Below are positions 32,615 through 43,013 of a stretch of DNA of 64,000 nucleotides, in pieces. This stretch comes from Diplonema japonicum. Taxonomy: Eukaryota > Protista > Euglenozoa: Diplonemea. The stretch spans positions 1 to 64,000 of the forward strand of contig OZ025763.1 of assembly GCA_964019335.1 (NCBI GenBank), in the 5' to 3' direction. Each line of letters opens with the position of its first letter. Positions within the stretch are counted from its first letter, which is position 1. A model generated the notes under the pieces. It saw only the letters and a program-made list of their open reading frames with translations. It ran no database searches and was not told where the DNA came from. The position numbers and the translations under genes are program-made.

Positions 32615-34444
32615 ATGCTTTCAAGCCGCACCTCGATGACCTCCCAGAGCGTGTTGACCACACCGTCGTCTTCTAAGTTGCACCTCAACGTAAATCTACG
32701 AGCCTTGAAGAGAAGATTCAAGAGGGTGACGGAGTTGGGCCAACCCAAGGGGAACATTTGGAAGGAGCACATACTATTTATCATGCTTGCCCCCCTGGGC
32801 CTGTGGCTGGCGGCCCTGCTGTCCCTTGTACTGGTGGTGGTGTCCCTTGGGCAGTCCGTGGAGTACCTCCTGAGGTACGTCACGATGGTAAGCTCGCGGA
32901 CTACCCTGCGAACGTACATGGGCTGCACCTTCACCGCCCTCCCCAGCAACGCTGACAGACTGGACTTCGTGTTGCACAGGGGACCGACCTACATCTACGG
33001 CCACACAATCGGTGCAGTGAAGAACTTCTGCAAATGGGCAACAGGAGGGTTCAAGGAACAGGTCCTTCTGTCCGACGCCGAGGTTCTGGCACTGCTGATG
33101 ACAACACCTGTGTCTCGGATGTGGAAGGTGGCGTGCAACGAGGAAGGCCGCCCTGTATCAATGGTACTGGACATGGGGGACGTGACGAAGGGCGATGCCA
33201 AGCTGTCGGACATCTCCCTCGGGAAGGGGCACTACCTGTGTGTTGAGAGGATCGACTTCGACATTGAAACATCGGACCTCTCCGTCACCCTTGTGGACAG
33301 CGACGGGCTGGCGAGGGTGGTGCACCGCCCGATGGAGGAAATGTGCGCCAGTCCCATGGCCTCTGCGTGCTCCTCGTCCTCAATCAGCAGTGCGGACGTC
33401 AGCGATGAGGAGCGACTGTGGAACATGGCCAAGGCACACCTGCAGGGGCTCATCATGTGGTCCATTGTCTCCTGGTCGCACAACTGGGTTCACTTCAACC
33501 TCCTGGACTCTGCGGCCGCCCTCACTCCCGACGTTGTTCCGAAGCGCTCTGTCCTGCGAGCCCTGCTCACTCCGCACTTGCGCTTCACCCCAACCATCAA
33601 CACGGCGGGACCTGCAGATGGGATCCTGAACCCCCAGCACGCAGAGGACGACACTTTGAAGAAATTCCTCCCGTGGAAGGTGCAGGGGCAGACCGCACAA
33701 CAGTTCCTCGCAAAGGTCGCGGAGAACTGTCTGCAGCACTACCTGAAGGCAGACGAGACAACGGGGGAGAAGATCGTGGACCCTGTGGCCTTCCCTCCTG
33801 AGTTCGTGACGGACCGCCTTGAGCCAGACAACAAGCTGCAAGGGTTGCTCCCGTACCTGGATTTCCTGACAGAGGTGTACAAGGCGATGGAGGTGTACGC
33901 ACAGAGCCTGTGGGTCGGGGAGGGGTCGCCACACAGCGAGCGCATCATCGAGCACGACATCTTCATGCAGTGGGTGAGGCACATTGAGCAGTCTGTGGGG
34001 AGCCTGAAAGGGCTGTCGAAGGTTGACCCTGTGAAGCTGCTTGCGACCCTTCTGTGGACCACCGTTGTGCACGGGGCGGACCATGATGTGTGCGGGAGGA
34101 TCAACACAAAGTGGATGATGTTTGGGAGTGCTGTCCCCGTGGACTGGGATGGGGAGTGGCAGGACGTTCTGAAGGGTTCGCTGTTCGGGACGCAGCTCCA
34201 TGCCTTTCGCTCTTCCACGTTCATCAGCTGTTTCGGGGGATACAAGAATTCATGGTTCACAAAGGGTGCTGACCTTCTCGTGTCTCCTGGTCTCTACAAC
34301 GACTGGAACAGCGTTCCCTGCGAGCAGACGAGGTGCCGTCTTCGGGCACATCACGGTACCCTCCTTGCCTCCCTGCATGGTATCAGCAAGAAGTGGGGCT
34401 GGCTTAGTGATGTGGCGGGCCTCCCTGCGAGCGTTTCTTTCTGA
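32615..34444 (+). CDS. Divergent lipoxygenase-like protein, paralog 2
   Basis: 'WNMAKAH', 'SHNWVHF', 'LLTPHLRFTPTINTAG', 'VHGADH' and 'PASVSF'; first ATG at 32615. Confidence 0.7.
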   Translation: MLSSRTSMTSQSVLTTPSSSKLHLNVNLRALKRRFKRVTELGQPKGNIWKEHILFIMLAPLGLWLAALLSLVLVVVSLGQSVEYLLRYVTMVSSRTTLRTYMGCTFTALPSNADRLDFVLHRGPTYIYGHTIGAVKNFCKWATGGFKEQVLLSDAEVLALLMTTPVSRMWKVACNEEGRPVSMVLDMGDVTKGDAKLSDISLGKGHYLCVERIDFDIETSDLSVTLVDSDGLARVVHRPMEEMCASPMASACSSSSISSADVSDEERLWNMAKAHLQGLIMWSIVSWSHNWVHFNLLDSAAALTPDVVPKRSVLRALLTPHLRFTPTINTAGPADGILNPQHAEDDTLKKFLPWKVQGQTAQQFLAKVAENCLQHYLKADETTGEKIVDPVAFPPEFVTDRLEPDNKLQGLLPYLDFLTEVYKAMEVYAQSLWVGEGSPHSERIIEHDIFMQWVRHIEQSVGSLKGLSKVDPVKLLATLLWTTVVHGADHDVCGRINTKWMMFGSAVPVDWDGEWQDVLKGSLFGTQLHAFRSSTFISCFGGYKNSWFTKGADLLVSPGLYNDWNSVPCEQTRCRLRAHHGTLLASLHGISKKWGWLSDVAGLPASVSF

Positions 34445-35247
34445 AAACGCTTCGTGTTCTTCTTCTTTCTTTGTGACAAGGCGCACCTTCGCAGCACGCC
34501 ATGTCAGGACGTGAGGTCACAGCGATCCATTCGCCGCGGCCACGCCGGTGGTGTTCGAGCTGACGGCAGGCAGCCAAGCTTCGTTTTCTATCAATTTAAA
34601 CTTTCTTTTTTTTTTTTTTTTTTTAATATTATTCCGTTTTTGCTACCCAGTGAGTTCTTTGGACTCCTATCCAATACCTCCCCCGTTGAGGTCTCTCCTC
34701 CCTCGTTCCCCCCCCACACACCCCCTGGTGTCAGAATCATGTATTTGGTGCAACAGGAGACCCGAGGCTACTACGGGAGAAATAAGAAACATGACAGTGG
34801 TACCTTTGTCCATTCCTTTTTTTTTTCCCCCCCCTTCCTTTATCTTCTTCTTCTTGCTTTGAAGTCTATCAAAAAGAGAGGGGGAAAAAGGAATGTTGAC
34901 AGCTTTTCGTTTTTTTTTTTTTTTTTTTTCCCGCCATTATTATCCCCTCTCTTTTTTTCATAGCTCTACTTTTTTTTTTTTCTAATGTATTTCTTAGCAG
35001 AACATGCTCAAAGCCAACCTGTTCTCTACTGCGGTGCGTTTCTTTTCTTTATAAATGTCACTCCTTCTTCCCCGTTCATCGAGCTAATTGCATATAAAAG
35101 AAGAAGAAAAAAAAAAAAAAATAACCACTTTGTTATTTTTCCTCTCCTTCTCTCTATTTTTTCTCTCTCTCTCTTTTTTCTTCTTCTTTCTCTCTCTCTC
35201 TCTTAAGTCCGTTCTGAAGCACAAAAAAAAAAAAAAAAAAAAAAAAA

Positions 35248-36933
35248 ATGATCGCCCGAGAAGCATCGATATGCTCATGCGAAAGCCCCATGCAGACAGT
35301 GGTGTACGAGTGGGAGTCTAGAGTACAGCTGCCTGCCGGGGCTGAAGCAGAGCAGATCTCAAAATCTTGCCCAACAACTTCCATCAGCATCGAGGAGCAC
35401 CGACGCAGGCTCAAAAGGATAACACGGTCGAAACCCTCAGTAAATACCCACCGGGTGGAATGGGCACTAACGATTCTACTGTCCCCTGTTGGGGCCTGGT
35501 TCGCCTACTTGATATCCCTCGTGCTCCTCTTCTTCTCAGCCGTCCTGCAGCTCACTTCTTGCATCATGCGTCACTCGGGTACCGCTGCCATTATTGCATC
35601 GCATTTCGGTACCAGTCTCGCAATGAACACTGACAGACAGGACTTCGTGGCGCACAGATGTCCAGCTTACATATACAGCCTCACACTCGGTGCAGTGCAG
35701 AATTTCTGCAAATGGGCAACAGGAGGGTTCAAGGAACAGGTCCTTCTGTCTGACACCGGGATGTTAACACTGCTGATGACAACACCTGTGTCTCGGATGT
35801 GGAAGGTGGCGTGCAACGAAGAAGGCCGCCCTGTATCAATGGTACTGGACATGGGGGACGTGACGAAGGGCGATGCCAAGCTGTCGGACATCTCCCTCGG
35901 GAAGGGGCACTACCTGTGTGTTGAGAGGATCGACTTCGACATTGAAACATCGGACCTCTCCGTCACCCTTGTGGACAGCGACGGGCTGGCGAGGGTGGTG
36001 CACCGCCCGACAGAATGCATCGCCGGAAGCACCTCAAACGACGAGCGACTGTGGAAGCTAGCAAAAGCACATCTACAAGGGGCCGTCATGTTAGCAAATG
36101 CCTCTTGCCAGCAAGACTTGGTTCATTTCTCCTTTTTAAACTCTGTGGCTGCCCTCACACCTGATGTTGTTCCGAAGTGCTCCGCTCTGCATGCCCTGCT
36201 CACCCCGCACCTGCGCTTCACCTCCACCAACGGCCTTTGCAACAAGCTTCTCCCGTGGAAGGCAAAACCGGCGAGCTGCCTGAAAGCAAACAATGCATTA
36301 ATAGCCTTCCCTCCTGAGTTCGTGACGGACCGCCTTGAGCCGGACAACAAGCTGCAAGGGTTGCTCCCGTACCTGGACTTCCTGACAGAGGTGTACAAGG
36401 CGATGGAGGTGTACGCACAGAGCCTGTGGGTGGTCATCGAGCACGACATCTTCACACAATGGGTGCGGCACATGGCAGAAGAGGTTAAGAGTGTGAAAGG
36501 GCTGTCGAAGGTGGACCCTGTGAAGCTGCTTGCGACCCTTCTGTGGACCACCGTTGTGCACGGGGCGGACCATGATGTGTGCGGGAGGATCAACACAAAG
36601 TGGGTGATGTTTGGGAGTGCTGTCCCCGTGGACTGGGATGGGGAGTGGCAGGACGTTCTGAAGGGTTCGCTGTTCGGGACGCAGCTCCATGCCTTCCGCT
36701 CTTCCACGTTCATCAGCTGTTTCGGGGGATACAAGAATTCATGGTTCACAAAGGGTGCTGACCTTCTCGTGTCTCCTGGTCTCTACAACGACTGGAACAG
36801 CGTTCCCTGCGAGCAGACGAGGTGCCGTCTTCGGGCACATCACGGTACCCTCCTTGCCTCCCTGCATGGTATCAGCAAGAAGTGGGGCTGGCTTAGTGAT
36901 GTGGCGGGCCTCCCTGCGAGCGTTTCTTTTTAG
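35248..36933 (+). CDS. Divergent lipoxygenase-like protein, paralog 3 (probably catalytically impaired)
   Basis: Clear paralog of 1, 2 and 4, but HxWVH is replaced by QDLVH and the segment after PHLRFT is shortened. Confidence 0.65.
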   Translation: MIAREASICSCESPMQTVVYEWESRVQLPAGAEAEQISKSCPTTSISIEEHRRRLKRITRSKPSVNTHRVEWALTILLSPVGAWFAYLISLVLLFFSAVLQLTSCIMRHSGTAAIIASHFGTSLAMNTDRQDFVAHRCPAYIYSLTLGAVQNFCKWATGGFKEQVLLSDTGMLTLLMTTPVSRMWKVACNEEGRPVSMVLDMGDVTKGDAKLSDISLGKGHYLCVERIDFDIETSDLSVTLVDSDGLARVVHRPTECIAGSTSNDERLWKLAKAHLQGAVMLANASCQQDLVHFSFLNSVAALTPDVVPKCSALHALLTPHLRFTSTNGLCNKLLPWKAKPASCLKANNALIAFPPEFVTDRLEPDNKLQGLLPYLDFLTEVYKAMEVYAQSLWVVIEHDIFTQWVRHMAEEVKSVKGLSKVDPVKLLATLLWTTVVHGADHDVCGRINTKWVMFGSAVPVDWDGEWQDVLKGSLFGTQLHAFRSSTFISCFGGYKNSWFTKGADLLVSPGLYNDWNSVPCEQTRCRLRAHHGTLLASLHGISKKWGWLSDVAGLPASVSF

Positions 36934-36953
36934 ATCAATTGAATTTGTCGCAA

Positions 36954-36990
<37 letters not shown>

Positions 36991-38056
36991 GTTCCTACAT
37001 TCTCAGCATGTCATGATTCGGCGCCGTCTTTGCTTTCTTTTATGTGGGAATACGTAATATTTGAGAGGGGTGACCCCTTCTCTCCCCCCGCTTTTTTTTA
37101 TGCCTCATACCTCTAAACCCATCTAGGAGGTTTTTTTTTTTTTTTTTTTTTTCTTTGTTCATGCAAATAAAAAAAAAAATAATAATAATAATAATAATAA
37201 AGCAAATTTCTGTCCTCGGGTTTTAGAGATATGAGGCATTATCTTGCCCATTGGTTCCGTTTCTTTCTTTTTTTTTTTTTTTTTTTTTTTTTTTGTTCCT
37301 GTTGACCGGTGCATTGCCCTACCGTAAGTGCACCCGAGTTGTGGGTCTCCGCACTTTACTCGGGCACTTTGCAACTTCGCAGCCCTGGACACTTTCCACA
37401 ACATATCTGTTTTTCTTCTTTTTTTTTTAAATTTTTTTTTCCCCCCTATTCTCACAGTAATTTTTTTTCTTTATTCGGTGGGGGGGGTCAAGACTCCACT
37501 GTAACGTTTTCTTTCTTTTTTTCTTTTTCTTCTTTTTTTTTTCTTTTTCTTTTTTCTGACTCAAAGATAAAATTCGTCTTTGTTCATATTATTTTTTTTT
37601 TAAAAGTTTTTTTTAGAAAAGAAAAAAAAAAAAGAAAAAAAAACGAAGAAAACCCAACACCACACCCTTGCAATAAGCAATAGGTGATTGGCCAATTCCC
37701 TAATGTGACCATATGCTCCACCGCTGCTTAACTATGTGCTTGGAAAGTCTGGATCCCTCTTGTCTATTAGAGAGGGGGGGGGAGGGATGAATGTTTGGGG
37801 TCCCTCAGTTACTTACTTTACACTTGAGGTTAATTATGAGGGATCCTTTGTGAAAACGAAAAAAAAAAAAAAAAAAAAAAAAATGCATCAATGAAAAAGA
37901 AAGAAAACGAAAAACTAGTCAATATTTTTCTTCTTTTTTTTTTGTTTTTTCTTCTTAATCTCCCCCTCACCCTTTTTCTTTTTTTTTTTCCGTCTCTCCT
38001 ACCACCCCTCAGGGGGAAAAAAAAAAAATATATCTGCAAAAATGAACTGCGAAAAC

Positions 38057-38087
<31 letters not shown>

Positions 38088-38281
38088 TATTCCTTACTCA
38101 TTGAATGCAAGCGGGGTTGTTTTGAAAACCCACATAACAAAAAAAAAAAATTCATTTTCTTTTTTTTAGGTTACTCCGCCTGCGAAAAAAAAAAAGAAAA
38201 AAAGGAATTGAAGGAGAGGGGGAAAAAAAAATATCCGGGCCACTTTATTCTTACTTCACGGGAGGGCGCGGGCATTTTCAA

Positions 38282-38319
<38 letters not shown>

Positions 38320-38855
38320 CCTCCTCCACCGAGCATAAAGAATACGGATTCACTCATCTCTGGTATCTGCAAAAATCCGTCATTGTTTATTTTGTGAAAT
38401 GCCAGTTGAACTTGTCGCAGCAAGTATTTACTATTTCCCCCCCCCCATTTTTTTCTTCTTAAGCTCCATTACTGAATATTTATCCACAACAAAAAAAATG
38501 AAGAGGAGAGAAAGAAAAAAAAAAAAAAAAAAAAAAGCATCCGCTCGTATGAGAAATGGGAGGATAGTTCCCAAAAAAAAAAAAAAAGGGAAAAGAAGAA
38601 CAAAAAAAAAGTGCCCTCCCCCCTCAAAAAAAACCTTCCAATCACGCAGAGAATAAGCCGGGGAAATAAGGCTGCTTAATATTTTTTTTTAAAATTTCTG
38701 GAGTGAAAATAATAATTCGGGGGGGGGAAGAATTTCATAATGTAACTTTTTTCCCCCCCCCTCCCCCCTCTTCTTCTTCCACAGTATAATAACAACACGC
38801 AGGTAACATATAAAAAAAAATATAAAAAAAAAAAAAGACATAATTCTAAAACACT

Positions 38856-40730
38856 ATGTCATCCATCTGCGACAGCGAAGCAATCCACCTAGTGGCACCG
38901 CACACCTGTGCCAGCAGAACTCACTCATCGTGCCGGCTGTCTCCTGCTTCTTACCGGCTCTCCCCAGCACCCAGCACCCTGCATCCCCAGTCGATCAATA
39001 AGCGAAGAATCGACATTAGTTACCGGGCTCTGAAGAAGAGATTCATCAGAGTAACCCAAATGGGACCCCCCCAAGGAAGCCCTTGGAAGGAGTGGTCTCT
39101 CTATGTACTGGTTGCTCCGGTCGGTGTTTGGCTAGCTGTTCTGATGTCCTTAGTTATACTAATGGTAACTGCTCTACAAGCAGTCGAATGGGTTTTGAGA
39201 TACGTGACCATGTTGGGATCAAGGACCACCCTGCGAACGTACATGGGCTGCACCTTCACCGCCCTCCCCAGTAACGACGATAGACTTGACTTCGTAATAT
39301 GCAGAGGGCCGACCTACATCTACGGCCACACAATCGGTGCAGTGAAGAACTTCTGCAAATGGGCAACAGGAGGGTTCAAGGAACTAACCCTTCTGTCTGA
39401 CGCCGAGGTGCTATCTCTTCTCATGACATCGCCCATAGCAAGGATGTGGAAGGTAACGTATAGCAGAGAAGGCCGCCCTGTATCAATGGTACTGGACATG
39501 GGGGACGTGACGAAGGGCGACGTGAAAGCGACGGACATCTCCCTCGGGAAGGGGCACTACCTGTGTGTTGAGAGGATCGACTTCGACATTGAAACTTCGG
39601 ACCTCTCCGTCACCCTTGTGGACAGCGACGGGCTGGCGAGGCAAATCCACCGTCCGACCACGGAATGCAGCACACTGGGATCAATCGCAGCATCCGACAG
39701 CTGCAGCAGTGCGGGTACTGACGATGAAGAAAGACTGTGGAAGATAGCAAAAGCACATGTTCAATGCCTCATCATGTGGGCCATAGTCTCATGGTCGCAT
39801 AATTGGGTTCACTTCAATCTGTTAGATTCGATAGCTGCAGGAACATCTGAGGTAGTCCCAAAAGGTTCTGGAATGCATGCTCTGCTCACTCCGCACTTGC
39901 GCTTCACCCCAACCATCAACACGGCGGGACCTGCAGATGGTATCTTGAACCCGCAACACGCTCGAGATAACCTCTTGAAGAAGTTCATCCCGTGGAAGGT
40001 GCAGGGGCAGACCGCACAACAGTTCCTCGCAAAGGTCGCGGAGAACTGTCTGCAGCACTACCTGAAGGCGGACTCTGTGGGGGAGAAACACATCGACCCC
40101 GATGTATTCCCGCCAAGATGGGTTGTGGACCGTCTTGAACAACCCGGAAAGTACATGGGGCTCCTCCCTTACCTAGACTTCCTTGCAGAGTCCTACAGAG
40201 TAATGGAAGTATATGCAGAGAAGGTGTGGGATGTTATTGAGCACGACATCTTCACGCACTGGGTGAGGCACATCGAGGGAGTCGACAGCCTTAAGGGACT
40301 GTCGAAAGTTGACCCTAAAAAATTGTTATCGACCCTTCTGTGGACCATAGTTGTGCACGGGGCGGACCATGATGTGTGCGGGAAGATCAACACAAAATGG
40401 ATGATGTTCGGGAGCGGTGCGCCCGTGGACTGGGATGGAGAGTGGACAGACGTTCTGAGGGGTTCGCTGTTCGGGACGCAGCTCCATGCCTTCCGCTCTT
40501 CCACTTTTTTCGGGTGCTTCGGGAGCTTCAAAAAGTCATGGTTCACAAGAGGAACAGACCTTCTCATGTCTCCTGATGTGTATGGGGGATGGGGCAGCGT
40601 GGACTGTAAACAGAAGAGGTGCCGTCTTCGGGCACATCATGCCGCCCTCCTTGCCTCCCTCCATGACATCAGCAAGAAGTGGGGTTGGCTTAGCGATGTT
40701 GAAGATCATCCGGCAAGTGTGTGTTTTTAG
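38856..40730 (+). CDS. Divergent lipoxygenase-like protein, paralog 4
   Basis: 'WKIAKAH', 'SHNWVHF', 'LLTPHLRFTPTINTAG', 'VHGADH' and 'PASVCF'. Confidence 0.7.
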   Translation: MSSICDSEAIHLVAPHTCASRTHSSCRLSPASYRLSPAPSTLHPQSINKRRIDISYRALKKRFIRVTQMGPPQGSPWKEWSLYVLVAPVGVWLAVLMSLVILMVTALQAVEWVLRYVTMLGSRTTLRTYMGCTFTALPSNDDRLDFVICRGPTYIYGHTIGAVKNFCKWATGGFKELTLLSDAEVLSLLMTSPIARMWKVTYSREGRPVSMVLDMGDVTKGDVKATDISLGKGHYLCVERIDFDIETSDLSVTLVDSDGLARQIHRPTTECSTLGSIAASDSCSSAGTDDEERLWKIAKAHVQCLIMWAIVSWSHNWVHFNLLDSIAAGTSEVVPKGSGMHALLTPHLRFTPTINTAGPADGILNPQHARDNLLKKFIPWKVQGQTAQQFLAKVAENCLQHYLKADSVGEKHIDPDVFPPRWVVDRLEQPGKYMGLLPYLDFLAESYRVMEVYAEKVWDVIEHDIFTHWVRHIEGVDSLKGLSKVDPKKLLSTLLWTIVVHGADHDVCGKINTKWMMFGSGAPVDWDGEWTDVLRGSLFGTQLHAFRSSTFFGCFGSFKKSWFTRGTDLLMSPDVYGGWGSVDCKQKRCRLRAHHAALLASLHDISKKWGWLSDVEDHPASVCF

Positions 40731-41373
40731 GTTTTTTTTTTTTTTCTTTAGAAGAAACCCGTTTTTTTTTTTTTTTCAAAGTAATGGGGTACTGAAAAAA
40801 AAAAAAAAAAAAAAAAGGAAAACACCTTTTTTTATCCATGCCCTGATGAAGGATTTTATGCCGCTCTCCTAGTGGGGGGGAGGGATGCTGAGTGGCACAA
40901 TGTTTCATTATCCGCTGTGAGATGGATGCTGTAAACCTCTTATGTTCCGCCATGGAAAGAAAAAAAAAAGTGCCCCCTTTTTAGTGCCCTGCTTCAGCTT
41001 TGCTTTTTTTTACCCCCCCACCCCCCCCCTTTTTTTTGTTCTTCAGGGAAAATTTTTTGTGAGGTTTACAGTAGCTATTTCCCCCCCCCCCCCCACTCCT
41101 TCTTTCCATTGCTCTGCTTAGATCTTTATCTATTTCCCCCCCCCCCCCCGCCCCCTGTTATTCTTTTTTTTATAGTCAACTTTTGACGTTCAAAGATCGA
41201 TTTTTTTTTTTTTTTTCCCATCAGAGATGCTTTCTGCTACGATTCTGTTTTTTTTCGCGGCACACCCCTTATGTATAGAAAGTCCCTGGACATTTTATAA
41301 GGTAGGTTTGCCTGCGATGGGCAGAAGGCTCGTCTGCTCTCGGTCGTTCTTCTTCTTCTTCTTTTTTTTTTTA

Positions 41374-41507
41374 GGTGGTGGGGATAACATGGAAATATAA
41401 GAAGTACATCAGATGTGTTGTTCGCTGTTGACCTCCTCGTCGGTCATCACCGGTAGCGCCCGAGTGGGAGAACGTAACGCAGATGCTCAGGGTGACGAAC
41501 AGGCAGC
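41374..41507 (+). ncRNA. HDV-like self-cleaving ribozyme, copy 1
   Basis: P1 GGUGGUG (41374-80) / CAUCACC (41445-51); P2 GCUGUUG (41424-30) / CAGGCAGC (41500-07); P3 ACC/GGU around L3 UCCUCGUC; P1.1 CC/GG (41452-53); P4 CGCCCGAGU..GCUCAGGGUG; J4/2 ACGAA with the catalytic C at 41496. Confidence 0.8.
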
Positions 41508-41696
41508 AAACTGCACGAGCGCAGAATCTTGGTTACCCGGGACGCCCCGGCTAGGGTTGAGCACACCGCACGCATTAAGGACACGACGCGGAACGCAGAA
41601 GAAGCTACAACTCGGCCGAGGAGCGCCCCCTGTAATCAAGTAGGTAGTTCTTGCTTCATTGCACGCTTAACGCCACCTAGTGTTGCAATCAAAGCC

Positions 41697-41700
<4 letters not shown>
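41374..41700 (+). mobile_element. ~325-nt non-coding SINE/SIDE-like element, copy 1
   Basis: Near-identical to 54092-54414, flanked by T-tracts; the 5' end is an HDV-like ribozyme and the 3' end a hairpin. Confidence 0.8.
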
Positions 41701-41738
<38 letters not shown>

Positions 41739-42109
41739 AACGAAAAACGAGGTTTATCCCCTTCCCTTTTTTGTTTTCACCCCATTTTTTTTAAAACAAT
41801 CAAAAAAAAAAAAAAAAAAAAAAGAAGAACAATTCTCCCCCCCTCCCCCGAATGGGGCCACATAGTCTTGCAAGGACTTACCCCGTTCTGTTTTTCGTTT
41901 CTTTTCTGACAACAACAACAACAACAACAAAAAGAGAAAAAAAAAAAAAAAATTCTCCCCCGGTTTTGCGGATGAAACACGTTTTGAGGCAGATAGCCCG
42001 TGACACCCCTCATGGCACAAGGAGACCCTTGCTCTCCGAGGGGGGCTTGTGCCAGCCTCAAGGGCCTTGGGGGCAAACCAAAAAAGAGAAAAAAAAAAAA
42101 GAAAAAAAA

Positions 42110-42151
42110 AACTATTTTTTTACCTACCAACAAGTAATGACTTGCGGTTCC

Positions 42152-42182
<31 letters not shown>

Positions 42183-42357
42183 GTTTTCATCAGAAGTCAT
42201 GCCAGTTCCTTCGATGGTGGGGGGGGGGAAAAAAATGCGGAAAGGCGAGAAGATGGTAAAAAAGTAAGCGGTTTTTTTTTTTTTTTTTTTTTTTTTTACC
42301 CCTTAACGGCACTTTGGGATTATTACTTCACCAATAATTTCGGAAGAAATGAACTAA
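42110..42357 (-). mobile_element. Decayed family 2 hairpin element
   Basis: Retains 'CTATTT..ACCAACAAGTAATGACTT' and 'ATTACTTCAC..TAATTTCGGAAGAAATGAA', similar to the ends of 31010-31668. Confidence 0.4.
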
Positions 42358-42719
42358 AAAAAAAAAAAAAAAAAGAAGAAATCATGTTTTTTTTTATTTG
42401 TATTTGGTGGATCCCTCCCCTCCCACTGTAAGCACAAATCTGTGCCAAAGTTTTTGTGAAGATAAGAAAGAAACAACAACGGTCAGGGAAGAGGAGGAAA
42501 AGAAGAAGAAAAAAAAAATGGACAAATATTTTCTTTTTAAATAACACGAAATATTAACGAACTGATACCTATACTGATCACCCCCACCGTCCCTCTTTTG
42601 CATAAAAGGAGGCGGGGGTTGGTCTTGTAGATGGTGTGCTCAGCTCCTGACCTTCTGAGCCTCATCGCGCCACCGTACTGTTCATGATGCAGCTGATGTT
42701 CAATTATTTCAATGACCTA

Positions 42720-42770
42720 GAAGAAGAAGAAGAAGAAGAAGAAGAAGAAGAAGAAGAAGAAGAAGAAGAA
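42720..42770. repeat. (GAA)n microsatellite
   Basis: Visible perfect trinucleotide run. Confidence 0.9.
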
Positions 42771-42982
42771 AAAAAAATTTTTTTTATTTATTACTATTAC
42801 TTATATAAACTTTTTTTTTTGTGCCGAAACAGGGGAGAGAGAGAGAAAAAAAAAAAAGAAAAGAGAATTAAAAAAAAAAAAAAAAAAAAAACAAGAACTC
42901 TAGCAGTTCTTTTTTTTTTTTTCCTAAAAGAAGAAAAAAAGAATTTTTTTTTTTTTTTTTTTTTTTTTTATATACTCGTGCG

Positions 42983-43013
<31 letters not shown>

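Noticed and set aside
40840-40897. TGATGA...CTGA pairs here and at ~30533-30568 as C/D snoRNAs
   Set aside because: Very short, no identifiable rRNA guide, located in LOX 3' flanks; compatible with chance.
41413-41643. Duplicated 72-76 aa ORF 'MCCSLLTSS...' (also 54131-54349)
   Set aside because: It overlaps the ribozyme core and the two copies differ by a frame-changing indel; the conservation is explained by the repeat.
41374-41700. Reading the 325-nt repeat as a minus-strand poly(A)-tailed SINE or a telomerase RNA (CAACCCTAG)
   Set aside because: The complete HDV fold starts exactly at the + strand boundary, and the template-like stretch is too short and imperfect.
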